From Escherichia phage vB_EcoS_PNS1, in the sequence record NC_073063.1: a DNA stretch of 43,945 nucleotides, one strand, 5' to 3'. Below the pieces are notes generated by a model. It was given only the letters and a program-made list of their open reading frames with translations. It ran no database searches and was not told the origin of the DNA. Each line of letters opens with the position of its first letter. Position 1 is the first letter of the stretch. Of the stretch, positions 27,895 through 37,072 are shown piece after piece. A program made the translations under genes and the position numbers.

Positions 27895-27923
27895 TTGCAT
27901 CCGCCCTGACACACTGCTATATT
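27895..27923 (+). promoter_or_regulatory. candidate promoter for the small-gene block
   Basis: TTGCAT, 17-bp spacer, TATATT; overlaps two ATTGGTTGCA motifs. Confidence 0.4.
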
Positions 27924-27950
27924 GGTTGCACACCAACAGGAGGGCGGAAC

Positions 27951-28130
27951 ATGAAAACCGAAATGGCTGATAAGCACGAAATCAAGATCGGCGATACGGT
28001 AGTCCACAACGGGGAGCTTCGCACTGTGTGCAAGCGAGCGTTTAGCATCGATGAATTTATGGGCCTGCTACTTTGGGGCGACAGCTATCGTTTAGGGTAT
28101 AAACTGGTTGAGAGGGTTACGGAACTATGA
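27951..28130 (+). CDS. hypothetical protein
   Basis: 59 aa from ATG 27951 with AGGAGG RBS. Confidence 0.5.
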   Translation: MKTEMADKHEIKIGDTVVHNGELRTVCKRAFSIDEFMGLLLWGDSYRLGYKLVERVTEL

Positions 28131-28453
28131 AAGCGATTATCTGGAATTACGCAATGGCTATGGCGGCGGCACAAGAGGCGGCGGAGTTCGCCGGTGAAGG
28201 AGCGGAAGCGGTCGAAAGACTAGCGGCAGCGTGGTCCGTTGTTCGCGTCACGCAGCAGGCCATCGCTTGTATGCTTGAGCGCCGCTTCGATACGACGGCA
28301 GAGATCCTGCCCCTGGCGAACGCAATCCAGGACTACGCGATGGCGTTTGCCCGTGAGCGCCTGGCGTATCGCTTCGGGATCGGCGAGACGGCAGCAACAA
28401 ACGTTGCCCGGATTAAAGCCCAGCGCGAACTTTTCGCCCAGCTTGCGAAATAA
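28127..28453 (+). CDS. hypothetical protein
   Basis: 108 aa, Ala-rich helical; ATGA overlap with upstream gene. Confidence 0.5.
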   Translation: MKAIIWNYAMAMAAAQEAAEFAGEGAEAVERLAAAWSVVRVTQQAIACMLERRFDTTAEILPLANAIQDYAMAFARERLAYRFGIGETAATNVARIKAQRELFAQLAK

Positions 28454-28462
28454 GGGGCCAAA

Positions 28463-28732
28463 ATGAGCCGTAGGCGCGCTAAACAGCTTTCCTGGCATAT
28501 TCCACTGCATTGCCTACGCATATGGGCTAAGAATGCGGCTGAGGGCGATTCTGTGTTCTGGAGCTATCGCGACGATGTGAAGCCGTTGACGCAGACACGC
28601 TACTTGCACCAGTTCGCAGCAAAACACGATTTCAGGGTGCGGACTTCCTTGCAACCAATGGGAATCCGTATTACATTACGCCGGAAGCCCGCCGTTGAGC
28701 GGGTAGGCAAACACTGGAGACTGAGCAAATGA
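28463..28732 (+). CDS. hypothetical basic protein
   Basis: 89 aa, Arg/Lys-rich; AAGGGG RBS. Confidence 0.5.
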   Translation: MSRRRAKQLSWHIPLHCLRIWAKNAAEGDSVFWSYRDDVKPLTQTRYLHQFAAKHDFRVRTSLQPMGIRITLRRKPAVERVGKHWRLSK

Positions 28733-28881
28733 CACCAATGCAAAAAACAATAATGGCGGGATTCTCGCAGGAGTTTATAGACCTGGAATCCTGCCATGAC
28801 GCCTACAAACATTACGGCATCGCTACTGTGTGCGATGGCGACACGAAAACTGCCGATGAGATTGAGGAGACAGAACAATGA
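28729..28881 (+). CDS. small hypothetical protein (50 aa)
   Basis: ATGA overlaps on both sides (28729 and 28878); not in the ORF track. Confidence 0.35.
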   Translation: MTPMQKTIMAGFSQEFIDLESCHDAYKHYGIATVCDGDTKTADEIEETEQ

Positions 28882-29087
28882 AATTACTATTCCGCCGCAA
28901 ATCGGACGGGCGCATTCTTAAGCCGATACAGACCCTTGACGCATACGTGCGCCTACAACAACCGGCAAGCAAAAAAGTATTCCGCGCGCCAACAAGCACG
29001 CTGCCACAGTTCTTCACAGTACACTCCCACGATATCGAGCGTGGCGATGTGCTGCGTGATATTCGCGACGGCAGTATGTGGGGGTAG
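28878..29087 (+). CDS. hypothetical protein
   Basis: 69 aa, coupled to upstream ORF. Confidence 0.45.
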   Translation: MKLLFRRKSDGRILKPIQTLDAYVRLQQPASKKVFRAPTSTLPQFFTVHSHDIERGDVLRDIRDGSMWG

Positions 29088-29138
29088 CCTGGCGGCACTG
29101 GTGCTGTTGGCGTCGGTTATTAGTCTGGTTAAATACCT

Positions 29139-29438
29139 ATGGGGCAGATTATGATTCATGATGTGATTTATTGGTTTGGTATGGCTAGCATGTTATGCCT
29201 GGTTACGGGAGTGCTGGGCGCAATATGGGTATTCCTGGTATGGCCCGCGGTAGAAGCCGCCAGCATTACCCGCATGACGTTCCAGATATACAAGCGCCGT
29301 GGAATCACGGAGCACCCGACCAGGTTGCGCATGTGGTGGCTGTGGTATCGGGATATGATAGGCGGTCGAACATTCGAAGCCGTCCGTTCATCCGGGTGGG
29401 AGTGGAAAGGCGTCGGCAAGTGGTCCGTTTTCGATTAA
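29139..29438 (+). CDS. membrane protein
   Basis: 99 aa with hydrophobic N-terminal segment and Trp-rich region. Confidence 0.45.
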   Translation: MGQIMIHDVIYWFGMASMLCLVTGVLGAIWVFLVWPAVEAASITRMTFQIYKRRGITEHPTRLRMWWLWYRDMIGGRTFEAVRSSGWEWKGVGKWSVFD

Positions 29439-29455
29439 TTATGCAAGCGTGATAT

Positions 29456-29490
29456 AGTCCCAGTGAGCTAAAACTTACTGGGACTTTTTT
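29456..29490 (+). terminator. hairpin plus T6 immediately upstream of holin-like gene (attenuator)
   Basis: Stem agtcccagt/actgggact then tttttt, ending one base before ATG 29491. Confidence 0.5.
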
Positions 29491-29781
29491 ATGGATAAGC
29501 TAAACGAGTGGCTATTCGCCCTGGCATGTCTGGCGGGTGGCTTCGTAGGCGCACGCATTCATGGCGATGCTACGAAAGGGCCGCTAAACTTCGTTTTGTA
29601 TGTTGTAGTTGGCTTCCTGTGTGCCATATTTGGCGCACCGGCTATCGCTGAGTGGGCTGGTTTGTCGGGTGAGCGCACTGTCGCCGGTTTGGGCTTCGTA
29701 ACCGCGATCTTCTGGATGCCAATCGCCGACCGGATCAGGGAGACTATTGCGTCGTTCCGACTTCCGGGGGGTGCAAAATGA
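29491..29781 (+). CDS. holin-like membrane protein
   Basis: 96 aa with predicted transmembrane segments; directly upstream of endolysin. Confidence 0.5.
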   Translation: MDKLNEWLFALACLAGGFVGARIHGDATKGPLNFVLYVVVGFLCAIFGAPAIAEWAGLSGERTVAGLGFVTAIFWMPIADRIRETIASFRLPGGAK

Positions 29782-30023
29782 TTATCTCCGTCCTGTTGTT
29801 TGTTATCATCGGGGCTTCGTCCCTGTTTAACGTGTATGCGCCGTCCGTCCAGGATGGCATTTTCGGTCGGGTGCTGTATCTGTTAACGGCAATGGTCTGT
29901 ATTATCGGATTGTTGCAAACAGGAGACGTATCTGATACCACCTGGACCGCGTTAATATGGCTGTTTGCATTGCGCACACTGCGTAATGCTGTTTTGAATG
30001 GGGTAAAACATGCGATTCAGTGA
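29778..30023 (+). CDS. membrane protein (holin/antiholin candidate)
   Basis: 81 aa, two hydrophobic helices; overlaps neighbours on both sides. Confidence 0.45.
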   Translation: MIISVLLFVIIGASSLFNVYAPSVQDGIFGRVLYLLTAMVCIIGLLQTGDVSDTTWTALIWLFALRTLRNAVLNGVKHAIQ

Positions 30024-30501
30024 TAACGGTCTCCGATTTACGGCAGCATGGGAGGCGTTCAGCCCGGTGCCGTATTTCGCGACCAAGAAAGAGCAGGCCC
30101 GCGGCCTGTACACCTGGGGTTATGGGCACACCGGCACTAATCCGCCTCGAAGCATTACCCGTGCGGAAGCGCTGGAACTGCTCAAGCGCGATGTGGCGTA
30201 TGCCGAGGACTGGGTGAACAAATACGCACATCCGAGCATTAACCAGGCGCAATTCGACGCGCTGGTGGACCTGGTAATCAACGCCGGTCCTGGTCCGATC
30301 GTACCGGATGACGTCGCTAACGATTTCGATGATGCGGTGCGACTGGGCGACTGGGCGAAGGTCCGTGCTACGCTGCCGCAGTTCCGCAAGCAAGGCGGGG
30401 AAGTGCTTAAAGGTTTGGTCCGCCGAGCAATCGGCAGACAGGCGTTGTTTGATGGTAAGCAGTGGGACGTTGCCGAGCGAATCGGGCGTAACGCCGCATA
30501 A
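30010..30501 (+). CDS. endolysin, phage lysozyme (GH24-like)
   Basis: 163 aa; E...D...T catalytic spacing with TWGYGHTG motif. Confidence 0.85.
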   Translation: MRFSDNGLRFTAAWEAFSPVPYFATKKEQARGLYTWGYGHTGTNPPRSITRAEALELLKRDVAYAEDWVNKYAHPSINQAQFDALVDLVINAGPGPIVPDDVANDFDDAVRLGDWAKVRATLPQFRKQGGEVLKGLVRRAIGRQALFDGKQWDVAERIGRNAA

Positions 30502-30516
30502 TACGAGGGGCACGAT

Positions 30517-30684
30517 ATGTTGAAAAGTATTCTTGATCATAATGCGGAAGCGCTTGCCGCACTGGCTAAAACCGAAGATCCTGGCGCACGCGCTATCATC
30601 GCGGACACTATCAGCCACGCGGGGGTCTTCGATGCGAAGCTGCCAAGCCCACCACCGCAGGAAGAATCTGGTCCTGCAGCGTAA
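30517..30684 (+). CDS. small hypothetical protein (55 aa)
   Basis: ATG 30517 with GAGGGG RBS, followed by terminator; preferred over the overlapping track ORF 30533..30724. Confidence 0.35.
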   Translation: MLKSILDHNAEALAALAKTEDPGARAIIADTISHAGVFDAKLPSPPPQEESGPAA

Positions 30685-30690
30685 ACAATC

Positions 30691-30717
30691 AAGCCCGGTT
30701 AATTCCGGGCTTTTTAT
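30691..30717 (+). terminator. rho-independent terminator after lysis genes
   Basis: Stem aagcccgg/ccgggctt with loop ttaatt followed by tttttatt. Confidence 0.6.
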
Positions 30718-30779
30718 TGCTTGACTTGCAACCAACATAGACGCCATACTGCGACAAATCAACGAGAGGAGTAATCAAG

Positions 30780-30860
30780 ATGGCACGTAAAGATATTTGG
30801 GTATTAGCGATCTGGACCACCGCGGCTTTTATCGGCATGGTTATTTGCGAATTGAGATAG
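30780..30860 (+). CDS. candidate 26-aa hydrophobic peptide
   Basis: ATG 30780 with GAGAGGA RBS; MARKDIWVLAIWTTAAFIGMVICELR; TTGACT -35-like element at 30721. Confidence 0.25.
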   Translation: MARKDIWVLAIWTTAAFIGMVICELR

Positions 30861-30921
30861 CCCGCCGCCATACGGACCGTGGTATATTGTCCCCGGTCCA
30901 CTAATCAGGAATTAATTAAAT

Positions 30922-32064
30922 ATGCACCCGCAAACTAAAATTACCGATGAGCAATTGATCGCAGAAATTCAGGCAGGGACTACGGTTAAAGAGATTGCGA
31001 AGAAGTACGGCATTGCACTTCGAAATGTCTACATGCGCAAAGCCCGCCTATCAAAAAAGGGGATTGGTCATGGCAATGACGCCGTGATCCGTAAGCGCGT
31101 TGCCGATGGCTTTGGGGTTAAGCGCGTATCGGCCCTGGTGCGCGGCAATGGCGAAGAGGTCATGTCGTGGGTCATCACTGAGCAGGACAAGGAGCGCCAA
31201 CTCGAAGCAATGCGCGCTGTTGTCGAGGGTATGAACAGCGAAATCACACCGGCAGCGCCAGTAAAAGCCCCGCCAGTACCGATCCAGGCGCTCGACTTGC
31301 TCAACCTGTACACCGTGTCAGACTTCCACCTGGGCATGTTGGCATGGGGCGAGGAGACTGGCGAAGACTGGGATATGGCGATTGCCGAAGACCTGTTCTA
31401 CCGCTGGTTTGTCGAAGCCTTCGCACGCGCCCCGGACGCAGGCACTGCCGTAATTAATATCCTCGGTGATATGGCCCACTTTGATAGCCTCGATGCTGTC
31501 ACTCCGGCAAGTGGTCACATACTGGACGCCGACACCCGCTACCAGAAACTGGTCCGATACATGATTCGCATGGTGCGCAACGTCGTCGAACTGGCGCTGC
31601 AAAAACACCACAAAGTCAAACTGCTAATCGTCCAGGGAAATCATGACGAGTCGGGTATGATTTGGCTGGCTGAGATGTTCAATACTCTGTACGAGAACGA
31701 GCCGCGCGTCGATGTAGATACGTCCCCGGACGTCTACAAAATGGTGCAGCACGGTAAGACCACGCTATTCTTCCACCACGGGCACAAAGCGCGATTCGAT
31801 GCTATCGAGCAGGTTATGATCGCTAAATTCAGACAGGAGTTCGGGTCGAGCGAATACAGCTACGCGCACGTAGGCCATTTGCACCACCAGAAGATTGTCG
31901 AGTCTCGCAACATGATTGTTGAGCAGCACCGGACGCTCGCAGCGAAAGACGCCTACGCCAGTCGTGGCGGTTGGATGTCCGGTCGCAGCGCAAACGTCAT
32001 CACCTATAGCGCCAACTACGGCGAAGTAGCGCGCTTAACCATTAGCCCGGAAATGTTGAAGTAA
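30922..32064 (+). CDS. HTH-domain protein fused to calcineurin-like metallophosphoesterase
   Basis: 380 aa; N-terminal HTH (TVKEIAKKYGIALRNVYMRKAR); motifs DFH, GDMAHFD, GNHDE, HHGH. Confidence 0.7.
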   Translation: MHPQTKITDEQLIAEIQAGTTVKEIAKKYGIALRNVYMRKARLSKKGIGHGNDAVIRKRVADGFGVKRVSALVRGNGEEVMSWVITEQDKERQLEAMRAVVEGMNSEITPAAPVKAPPVPIQALDLLNLYTVSDFHLGMLAWGEETGEDWDMAIAEDLFYRWFVEAFARAPDAGTAVINILGDMAHFDSLDAVTPASGHILDADTRYQKLVRYMIRMVRNVVELALQKHHKVKLLIVQGNHDESGMIWLAEMFNTLYENEPRVDVDTSPDVYKMVQHGKTTLFFHHGHKARFDAIEQVMIAKFRQEFGSSEYSYAHVGHLHHQKIVESRNMIVEQHRTLAAKDAYASRGGWMSGRSANVITYSANYGEVARLTISPEMLK

Positions 32065-32194
32065 CGGCAACCCGTAAGCCTCCCAGCCTGCCGATTTGGT
32101 GGGCTTTTTTGTGCCTGTTATAATCCCCATTAGATGGCAGGGCCGTCTCCTATGTTGCCGATGGTCGGCGCATATGAACAAAAGGGCTTATATC

Positions 32195-32746
32195 ATGGCA
32201 GAAATCAAAGTTAAAGGCCGTCGCGCCAAACTGGACGGACGAGTGGCAGTAACCCCGCGCCGTAAACCAGGCGAGCAAACAGAACATACCAATCTCGGAC
32301 CGGAAATCGAGTACGGAAAGCGCCGTAAAGGCGGCAAATGTGGACGCCCTACTGACTACCGATCCGTTTACTGCGACCAGCTTCGCCGCTATTTTGCCGA
32401 CGCCGACGCCTGGCAGGTAAACTACTCCGATAAAGGCGCTGCGCAAGTAATCCCCCGCAACAAAATGCCAACCTTCGGTCGATTTGCCGCGGAAATCGGC
32501 GTGGGCGTAGCTTGCCTGTATCGCTGGGCGCGTGCGCATGAGGAGTTCGCCGAGGCGATGGCGGACGCTATGGAGTTGCAGAAAACTTTCCTGATGGAAG
32601 CTGGCGGCGTGACCATCGCGGCGGGATTCGCTACCTTCCTGCTTAAAGCTAACCACGGCATCCGGGACGATGTACCGCTGGATGACGACGAAGATGATAA
32701 CGGCGACGTCGTTGTCGAACCTACAGGCAAAGGCCAGGGTGAGTAA
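32195..32746 (+). CDS. terminase small subunit
   Basis: 183 aa from ATG 32195 (AAAGGG RBS); HTH-like PTFGRFAAEIGVGVACLYRWAR; acidic C-terminus; directly upstream of large terminase. Confidence 0.75.
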   Translation: MAEIKVKGRRAKLDGRVAVTPRRKPGEQTEHTNLGPEIEYGKRRKGGKCGRPTDYRSVYCDQLRRYFADADAWQVNYSDKGAAQVIPRNKMPTFGRFAAEIGVGVACLYRWARAHEEFAEAMADAMELQKTFLMEAGGVTIAAGFATFLLKANHGIRDDVPLDDDEDDNGDVVVEPTGKGQGE

Positions 32747-34131
32747 TGCGTAATTATGCGGCAGAACACCGCGCCCTGGAACGCGCGATCGCAAAGCGCA
32801 ACCGACCGCCGCGCCCTACGCGTGTTGCGCAGGCCGTCCGCCTGTATCAGCCTGATTGCCTTCCTCACCAGGTGGAGCTACTGCGCGACACTAAGACTAA
32901 AATCCTCGGTCTGTGTTCCGGCTTCGGTGGCGGAAAGTCATGGGTCGCGGCACGTAAGGTCATCCAGCTTCTGACACTGAACCCAGGTCATGACGGCATC
33001 GTGACCGAGCCGACTATCCCACTCCTGGTTAAGATCATGTACCCGGAACTGGAGAAGGCTTTCGACGAGGCAGGCTTCCGGTGGAAGTTCAACAAGCAGG
33101 ACAAGATTTATAGCGTGCTGGTGAAAGGCAAATGGACGCGCGTAATCTGTGAGTCAATGGAGAACTATACCCGCCTGATCGGGGTTAACGCCGCGTGGAT
33201 TGTTGCCGATGAGTTTGACACCACTAAGCAGGACGTCGCAATTGCGGCGTATCACAAATTGCTCGGTCGTCTGCGTGCGGGCCTTGTGCGCCAGTTTGTC
33301 ATCGTGTCTACGCCTGAAGGCTACCGGGCGATGTACCAGATTTTCGAAGTGGAGAAGGATAGCCAAAAACGTTTGATCCGGGCGAAGACTACCGATAACC
33401 ACCATTTACCGGCTGACTTTATCGACACGCTGCGCAGCCAGTATCCGGCAAACCTGATTGATGCGTATCTGAACGGCCTGTTTGTCAACCTTACGTCGGG
33501 CGCGGTGTACAAGATGTTCAACCGGGAGGAGAACGCCAGCACCGAAGAAGTGCAGCCGGAAGACACGCTGATTATCGGCATGGACTTTAACGTCACGAAG
33601 ATGGCGGCGGTCGTGTATGTCAGACGGCAGCGAATCACCGAAAACAAGGAGTTTCGCGACGAGATACACGCAGTGGATGAATTTGTGGACCTGTTTGACA
33701 CCCCGGCTATGATTGAGGCGATCGAGGAGCGCTACCCCGATCATTGTGCTGCCGGTCGGGTCGTCGTTTACCCTGATAGCAGCGGCAAGTCTCGCAAGAC
33801 TGTCAACGCATCGTCGTCAGATATCGCGCAACTGGAAGACGCGGGCTTCGAGGTGGAATACGACAGCGTTAACCCGCCTGTGAAAGACCGATTGATCGCG
33901 ATGAATACGATGATGTGCAACTCGAAGGGCGTGCGCCAGTATTTTGTCAACCTGGATAAATGCCCTACACTAGCGAAATGTCTGGAACAGCAGGTTTACG
34001 ACCTGAAGAAAGGCGAGCCGGATAAAACCGCCGGTGTGGACCACATGAACGATGCCGCGGGTTATCCAATTGCGCACCTGTTCCCTGTGATTCGTCCAAT
34101 CGCCGTTGTTCCTACCGTAGATTTCTACTAA
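32746..34131 (+). CDS. terminase large subunit
   Basis: 461 aa; Walker A-like GLCSGFGGGKS; ATPase plus nuclease-sized architecture; start overlaps TerS stop. Confidence 0.9.
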   Translation: MRNYAAEHRALERAIAKRNRPPRPTRVAQAVRLYQPDCLPHQVELLRDTKTKILGLCSGFGGGKSWVAARKVIQLLTLNPGHDGIVTEPTIPLLVKIMYPELEKAFDEAGFRWKFNKQDKIYSVLVKGKWTRVICESMENYTRLIGVNAAWIVADEFDTTKQDVAIAAYHKLLGRLRAGLVRQFVIVSTPEGYRAMYQIFEVEKDSQKRLIRAKTTDNHHLPADFIDTLRSQYPANLIDAYLNGLFVNLTSGAVYKMFNREENASTEEVQPEDTLIIGMDFNVTKMAAVVYVRRQRITENKEFRDEIHAVDEFVDLFDTPAMIEAIEERYPDHCAAGRVVVYPDSSGKSRKTVNASSSDIAQLEDAGFEVEYDSVNPPVKDRLIAMNTMMCNSKGVRQYFVNLDKCPTLAKCLEQQVYDLKKGEPDKTAGVDHMNDAAGYPIAHLFPVIRPIAVVPTVDFY

Positions 34132-34142
34132 GGAAACCGACC

Positions 34143-35663
34143 ATGACCGTTAACGTTGACAACCAGCACCCGCTCTATGCGCGCATCGCGCCAGAGTGGA
34201 AAATGATCCGTGATTGTGTAGCAGGGGAGCGCGCCGTGAAGGCGTGCGGCCCCTTGTACCTGCCACACCCCGCAAGCGGCGACACCACCGACCCGAAATC
34301 ACGGGCACGGTATAAGGCGTATAAGCAACGTGCTGTCTTCCTGAACGCCACCGCCCGCACACTGAATGCGCTGTTAGGTGTAGCCTTCGCCAAACCGGTG
34401 AGTATGGACCTTTCCGGGGCAATGGCTGACCTGATTGATGACGTAGACGGCAGCGGGATGCCACTGGCGCAACTCCTGCGCGGCGCTATGTCGGAAGTGC
34501 TGCAATCGGGCCGCGCTGGCTTTATGGTGGACTACGACCGCCAGGCTAACTTTGATGAACTGGGTAACGTAGTGCCGCAGACAGCCGCTGAAATGGCGAC
34601 ACACCGCCCGCTTATCCGCCTGTATACGGCTGAGCAGATCATTAACTGGCGGCAGACCCACGGGGTCGACACGCTAATCGTGCTGAAGGAGACGGACGAA
34701 ATCAGCACCGAAGATCCGGACGACTTCGCAAACCACGAGGTAACGATCTGGACTGAGCTTCGCATGATTAACGGTGTGGCGCATGGTCGCCGCTGGTATT
34801 ACAACGCGGACACGTCCGAAGTGCAAATGGACTTGCCGCGCGGCTTCACCCGCACCGACCTTGTACCACTGGTGGATGCTGCCGGTAACGCGCTTACGCA
34901 ACTGCCTTTCTGTTGGTGTGGCGCGGTGGACAACAACGCGACGCCGGACGCCGCACCGCTGGCAGATATTGCATCCATCAACATTAAGCACTACAACGCC
35001 GAAGCTGACGTCGCAGAGATTGCGCACATCGTAGGTCAACCTACCCTAGTTGCGACGGGGCTAACCCAATCATGGGCTGATAAAAACCTGAAGGGCGGCA
35101 TCGCGCTCGGGGCGACTAAAGGCGTCATCTTGGGTCAGAACATGGACGCTAAACTGCTTCAGGCGGAGGAGAGAAACCTGTCAGTTGCTCTGTGTGAGCG
35201 ACGCGAATTGCAAATGGCTAAACTGGGCGCGGCCCTGGTCGAGAAGGGGACCGCACCTAAGACGGCAACTGAAGCGGCCTACGATGCGCAGACTGATAAC
35301 AGTATCCTGTCACTGATTGCCGGTAACGTTGAGAAGGCTTTCAACCGCGCGCTGCAAATCGTCAAGCTGTTCACTGGCGACACCGCAGATCAACGCGTAA
35401 CGCTGAATAAGTTCTACACCGAGATCACGGTTGATGCACAGCTTATGACCGCGATGATGGCGGGTGTGCAGACCGGTACGGTCCGTCTGGCGGACTTTAT
35501 CAAGTGGATGATGGCCCAGGGCGTTATTGATGACTCGCAAACCGTTGAGCAGGTGGAAGACGAATTGCGAAATCAGAATCCATTGCCTCAAATGTCACCG
35601 GATGCGGTAGAATCTACCGAAGAAGACCCGGACAAGGTAGCGGACAATGGCGAAGACAATTAA
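34143..35663 (+). CDS. portal protein
   Basis: 506 aa, follows terminase; acidic C-terminus. Confidence 0.8.
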   Translation: MTVNVDNQHPLYARIAPEWKMIRDCVAGERAVKACGPLYLPHPASGDTTDPKSRARYKAYKQRAVFLNATARTLNALLGVAFAKPVSMDLSGAMADLIDDVDGSGMPLAQLLRGAMSEVLQSGRAGFMVDYDRQANFDELGNVVPQTAAEMATHRPLIRLYTAEQIINWRQTHGVDTLIVLKETDEISTEDPDDFANHEVTIWTELRMINGVAHGRRWYYNADTSEVQMDLPRGFTRTDLVPLVDAAGNALTQLPFCWCGAVDNNATPDAAPLADIASINIKHYNAEADVAEIAHIVGQPTLVATGLTQSWADKNLKGGIALGATKGVILGQNMDAKLLQAEERNLSVALCERRELQMAKLGAALVEKGTAPKTATEAAYDAQTDNSILSLIAGNVEKAFNRALQIVKLFTGDTADQRVTLNKFYTEITVDAQLMTAMMAGVQTGTVRLADFIKWMMAQGVIDDSQTVEQVEDELRNQNPLPQMSPDAVESTEEDPDKVADNGEDN

Positions 35664-36750
35664 TCAATATATGGCGGATCGAATGATTCGCCGACACATC
35701 TTCACCCAGCGCCTGAGTAATGACCAGGCGCGGCGGGTGCTGGCTATGTGGGAGAAGTTCCGGCCCACGTTACTGGGTAAGCTGACCGAGTTACTTGATG
35801 GCAAAAAGTCCATGAACAACAAGGCACTTACCACTCTGTTAACGCAACTCGACAAGACCGTTAAAACAGAACTGCGCACCGAGTTTAAGGCGCTGGCTGA
35901 AAGCCTTCAGGAGTTTGCCGACACCGAGGCCGATTATCTCGCCGACACATTAACGGCAGCGATCCAGCCGGTGGTCGCCGTACCTGCGGTCGAGGTGGTG
36001 GGGGTAGTAACAGGCGCGCAGATCGCAGCGACGGCTATGAAAAACCCGTTCCAGGGTAACACCATGATGCAGTGGCCCGATTCACTTTCCGAGTGGACCA
36101 GGACGCAGATCGGCAATCAGGTGCGCGCCGGATTCATCCAGGGCAAGCCGACGATGGAAATTATCGCGGATGTGAGGCGCGCGCTAGGCGGTCGTAGTGC
36201 GCAAGCAATCTCAAGCGTTGTTAAGTCCGCGGTCAACCACTATGCGGCGACCGCCCGCGAATTAATGGTAAAAGCTAATGACGATATTCTCGAAGGTCGC
36301 CAATGGTTGGCTACATTGGACACACACACGTCACCCATGTGCCAGCTACGCGATCGCCTGTTTTATCCGGTTGATGTTACTTCCGACACCAAAGGCAAGC
36401 GCGGCGGGAAAGTGGTGGCGGGATCACAATACGGCGCTGGTCCGGGCAAGCTGCATTATTGCTGCCGTTCGACGGAGACGTGGAAAGTCAAAGGTATGGA
36501 AGATTGGCCCAGTGGTAAGCGTCCGGCACTGAAGGATGACGCAGGCAGATTGCTGAGTGAGCAGGTAGACGCGCAGACTGATTTCTTCTCATGGGTGCAG
36601 CGCCAGCCGCGCCATATCCTGGAGGAGTTATATGGAGTGCAACGCGCCGACCAGATTATGCGCGGCGTGAAAGTGCCGAAGATGTTTACCGATTCTGGCG
36701 AACTGATGACTATTGCGCAGCTTAAAAACCGGGGGTTATGGCGTGATTAA
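35647..36750 (+). CDS. head morphogenesis / minor head protein (SPP1 gp7, Mu F-like)
   Basis: 367 aa directly after portal, start overlapping portal end. Confidence 0.75.
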   Translation: MAKTINQYMADRMIRRHIFTQRLSNDQARRVLAMWEKFRPTLLGKLTELLDGKKSMNNKALTTLLTQLDKTVKTELRTEFKALAESLQEFADTEADYLADTLTAAIQPVVAVPAVEVVGVVTGAQIAATAMKNPFQGNTMMQWPDSLSEWTRTQIGNQVRAGFIQGKPTMEIIADVRRALGGRSAQAISSVVKSAVNHYAATARELMVKANDDILEGRQWLATLDTHTSPMCQLRDRLFYPVDVTSDTKGKRGGKVVAGSQYGAGPGKLHYCCRSTETWKVKGMEDWPSGKRPALKDDAGRLLSEQVDAQTDFFSWVQRQPRHILEELYGVQRADQIMRGVKVPKMFTDSGELMTIAQLKNRGLWRD

Positions 36751-37072
36751 ATATGCAGCAATCGGACTGGTTATCGGTCTGGTGGTAGGATTCTGGCTAG
36801 GTGACTCCTATCGTGCTGGCGTAGTGGCGGAGGCGGCGCAAGAAGCGCAAGCCGAAGCCCAACGGCAGCAAACTAAAGTTATTGAGCGCTCCGTGCAGGC
36901 CGAACAAGCCCGCGACGTAGAATACCGGACTATAACGAAAGAGGTTGTTAAATATGTTACGCGCCCTAACCGCCCTGATTGTAGTTTTGATGCTGAGCGC
37001 GTGCGGATCAAGCAACGTGCCGTTGATGCCGCTAACGGAGTCGGCACTGCGTCCGCCGTGCAAGTTCGATAG
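36743..37072 (+). CDS. i-spanin (Rz-like)
   Basis: N-terminal transmembrane helix (AAIGLVIGLVVGFWLG) then charged helical region (AQEAQAEAQRQQ...); start GTG 36743 or TTG 36713. Confidence 0.65.
   Translation: MIKYAAIGLVIGLVVGFWLGDSYRAGVVAEAAQEAQAEAQRQQTKVIERSVQAEQARDVEYRTITKEVVKYVTRPNRPDCSFDAERVRIKQRAVDAANGVGTASAVQVR

Noticed and set aside
30533-30724. 63-aa basic ORF from the track
   Set aside because: Overlaps a better candidate (30517..30684, with RBS) in another frame and runs through the terminator hairpin.
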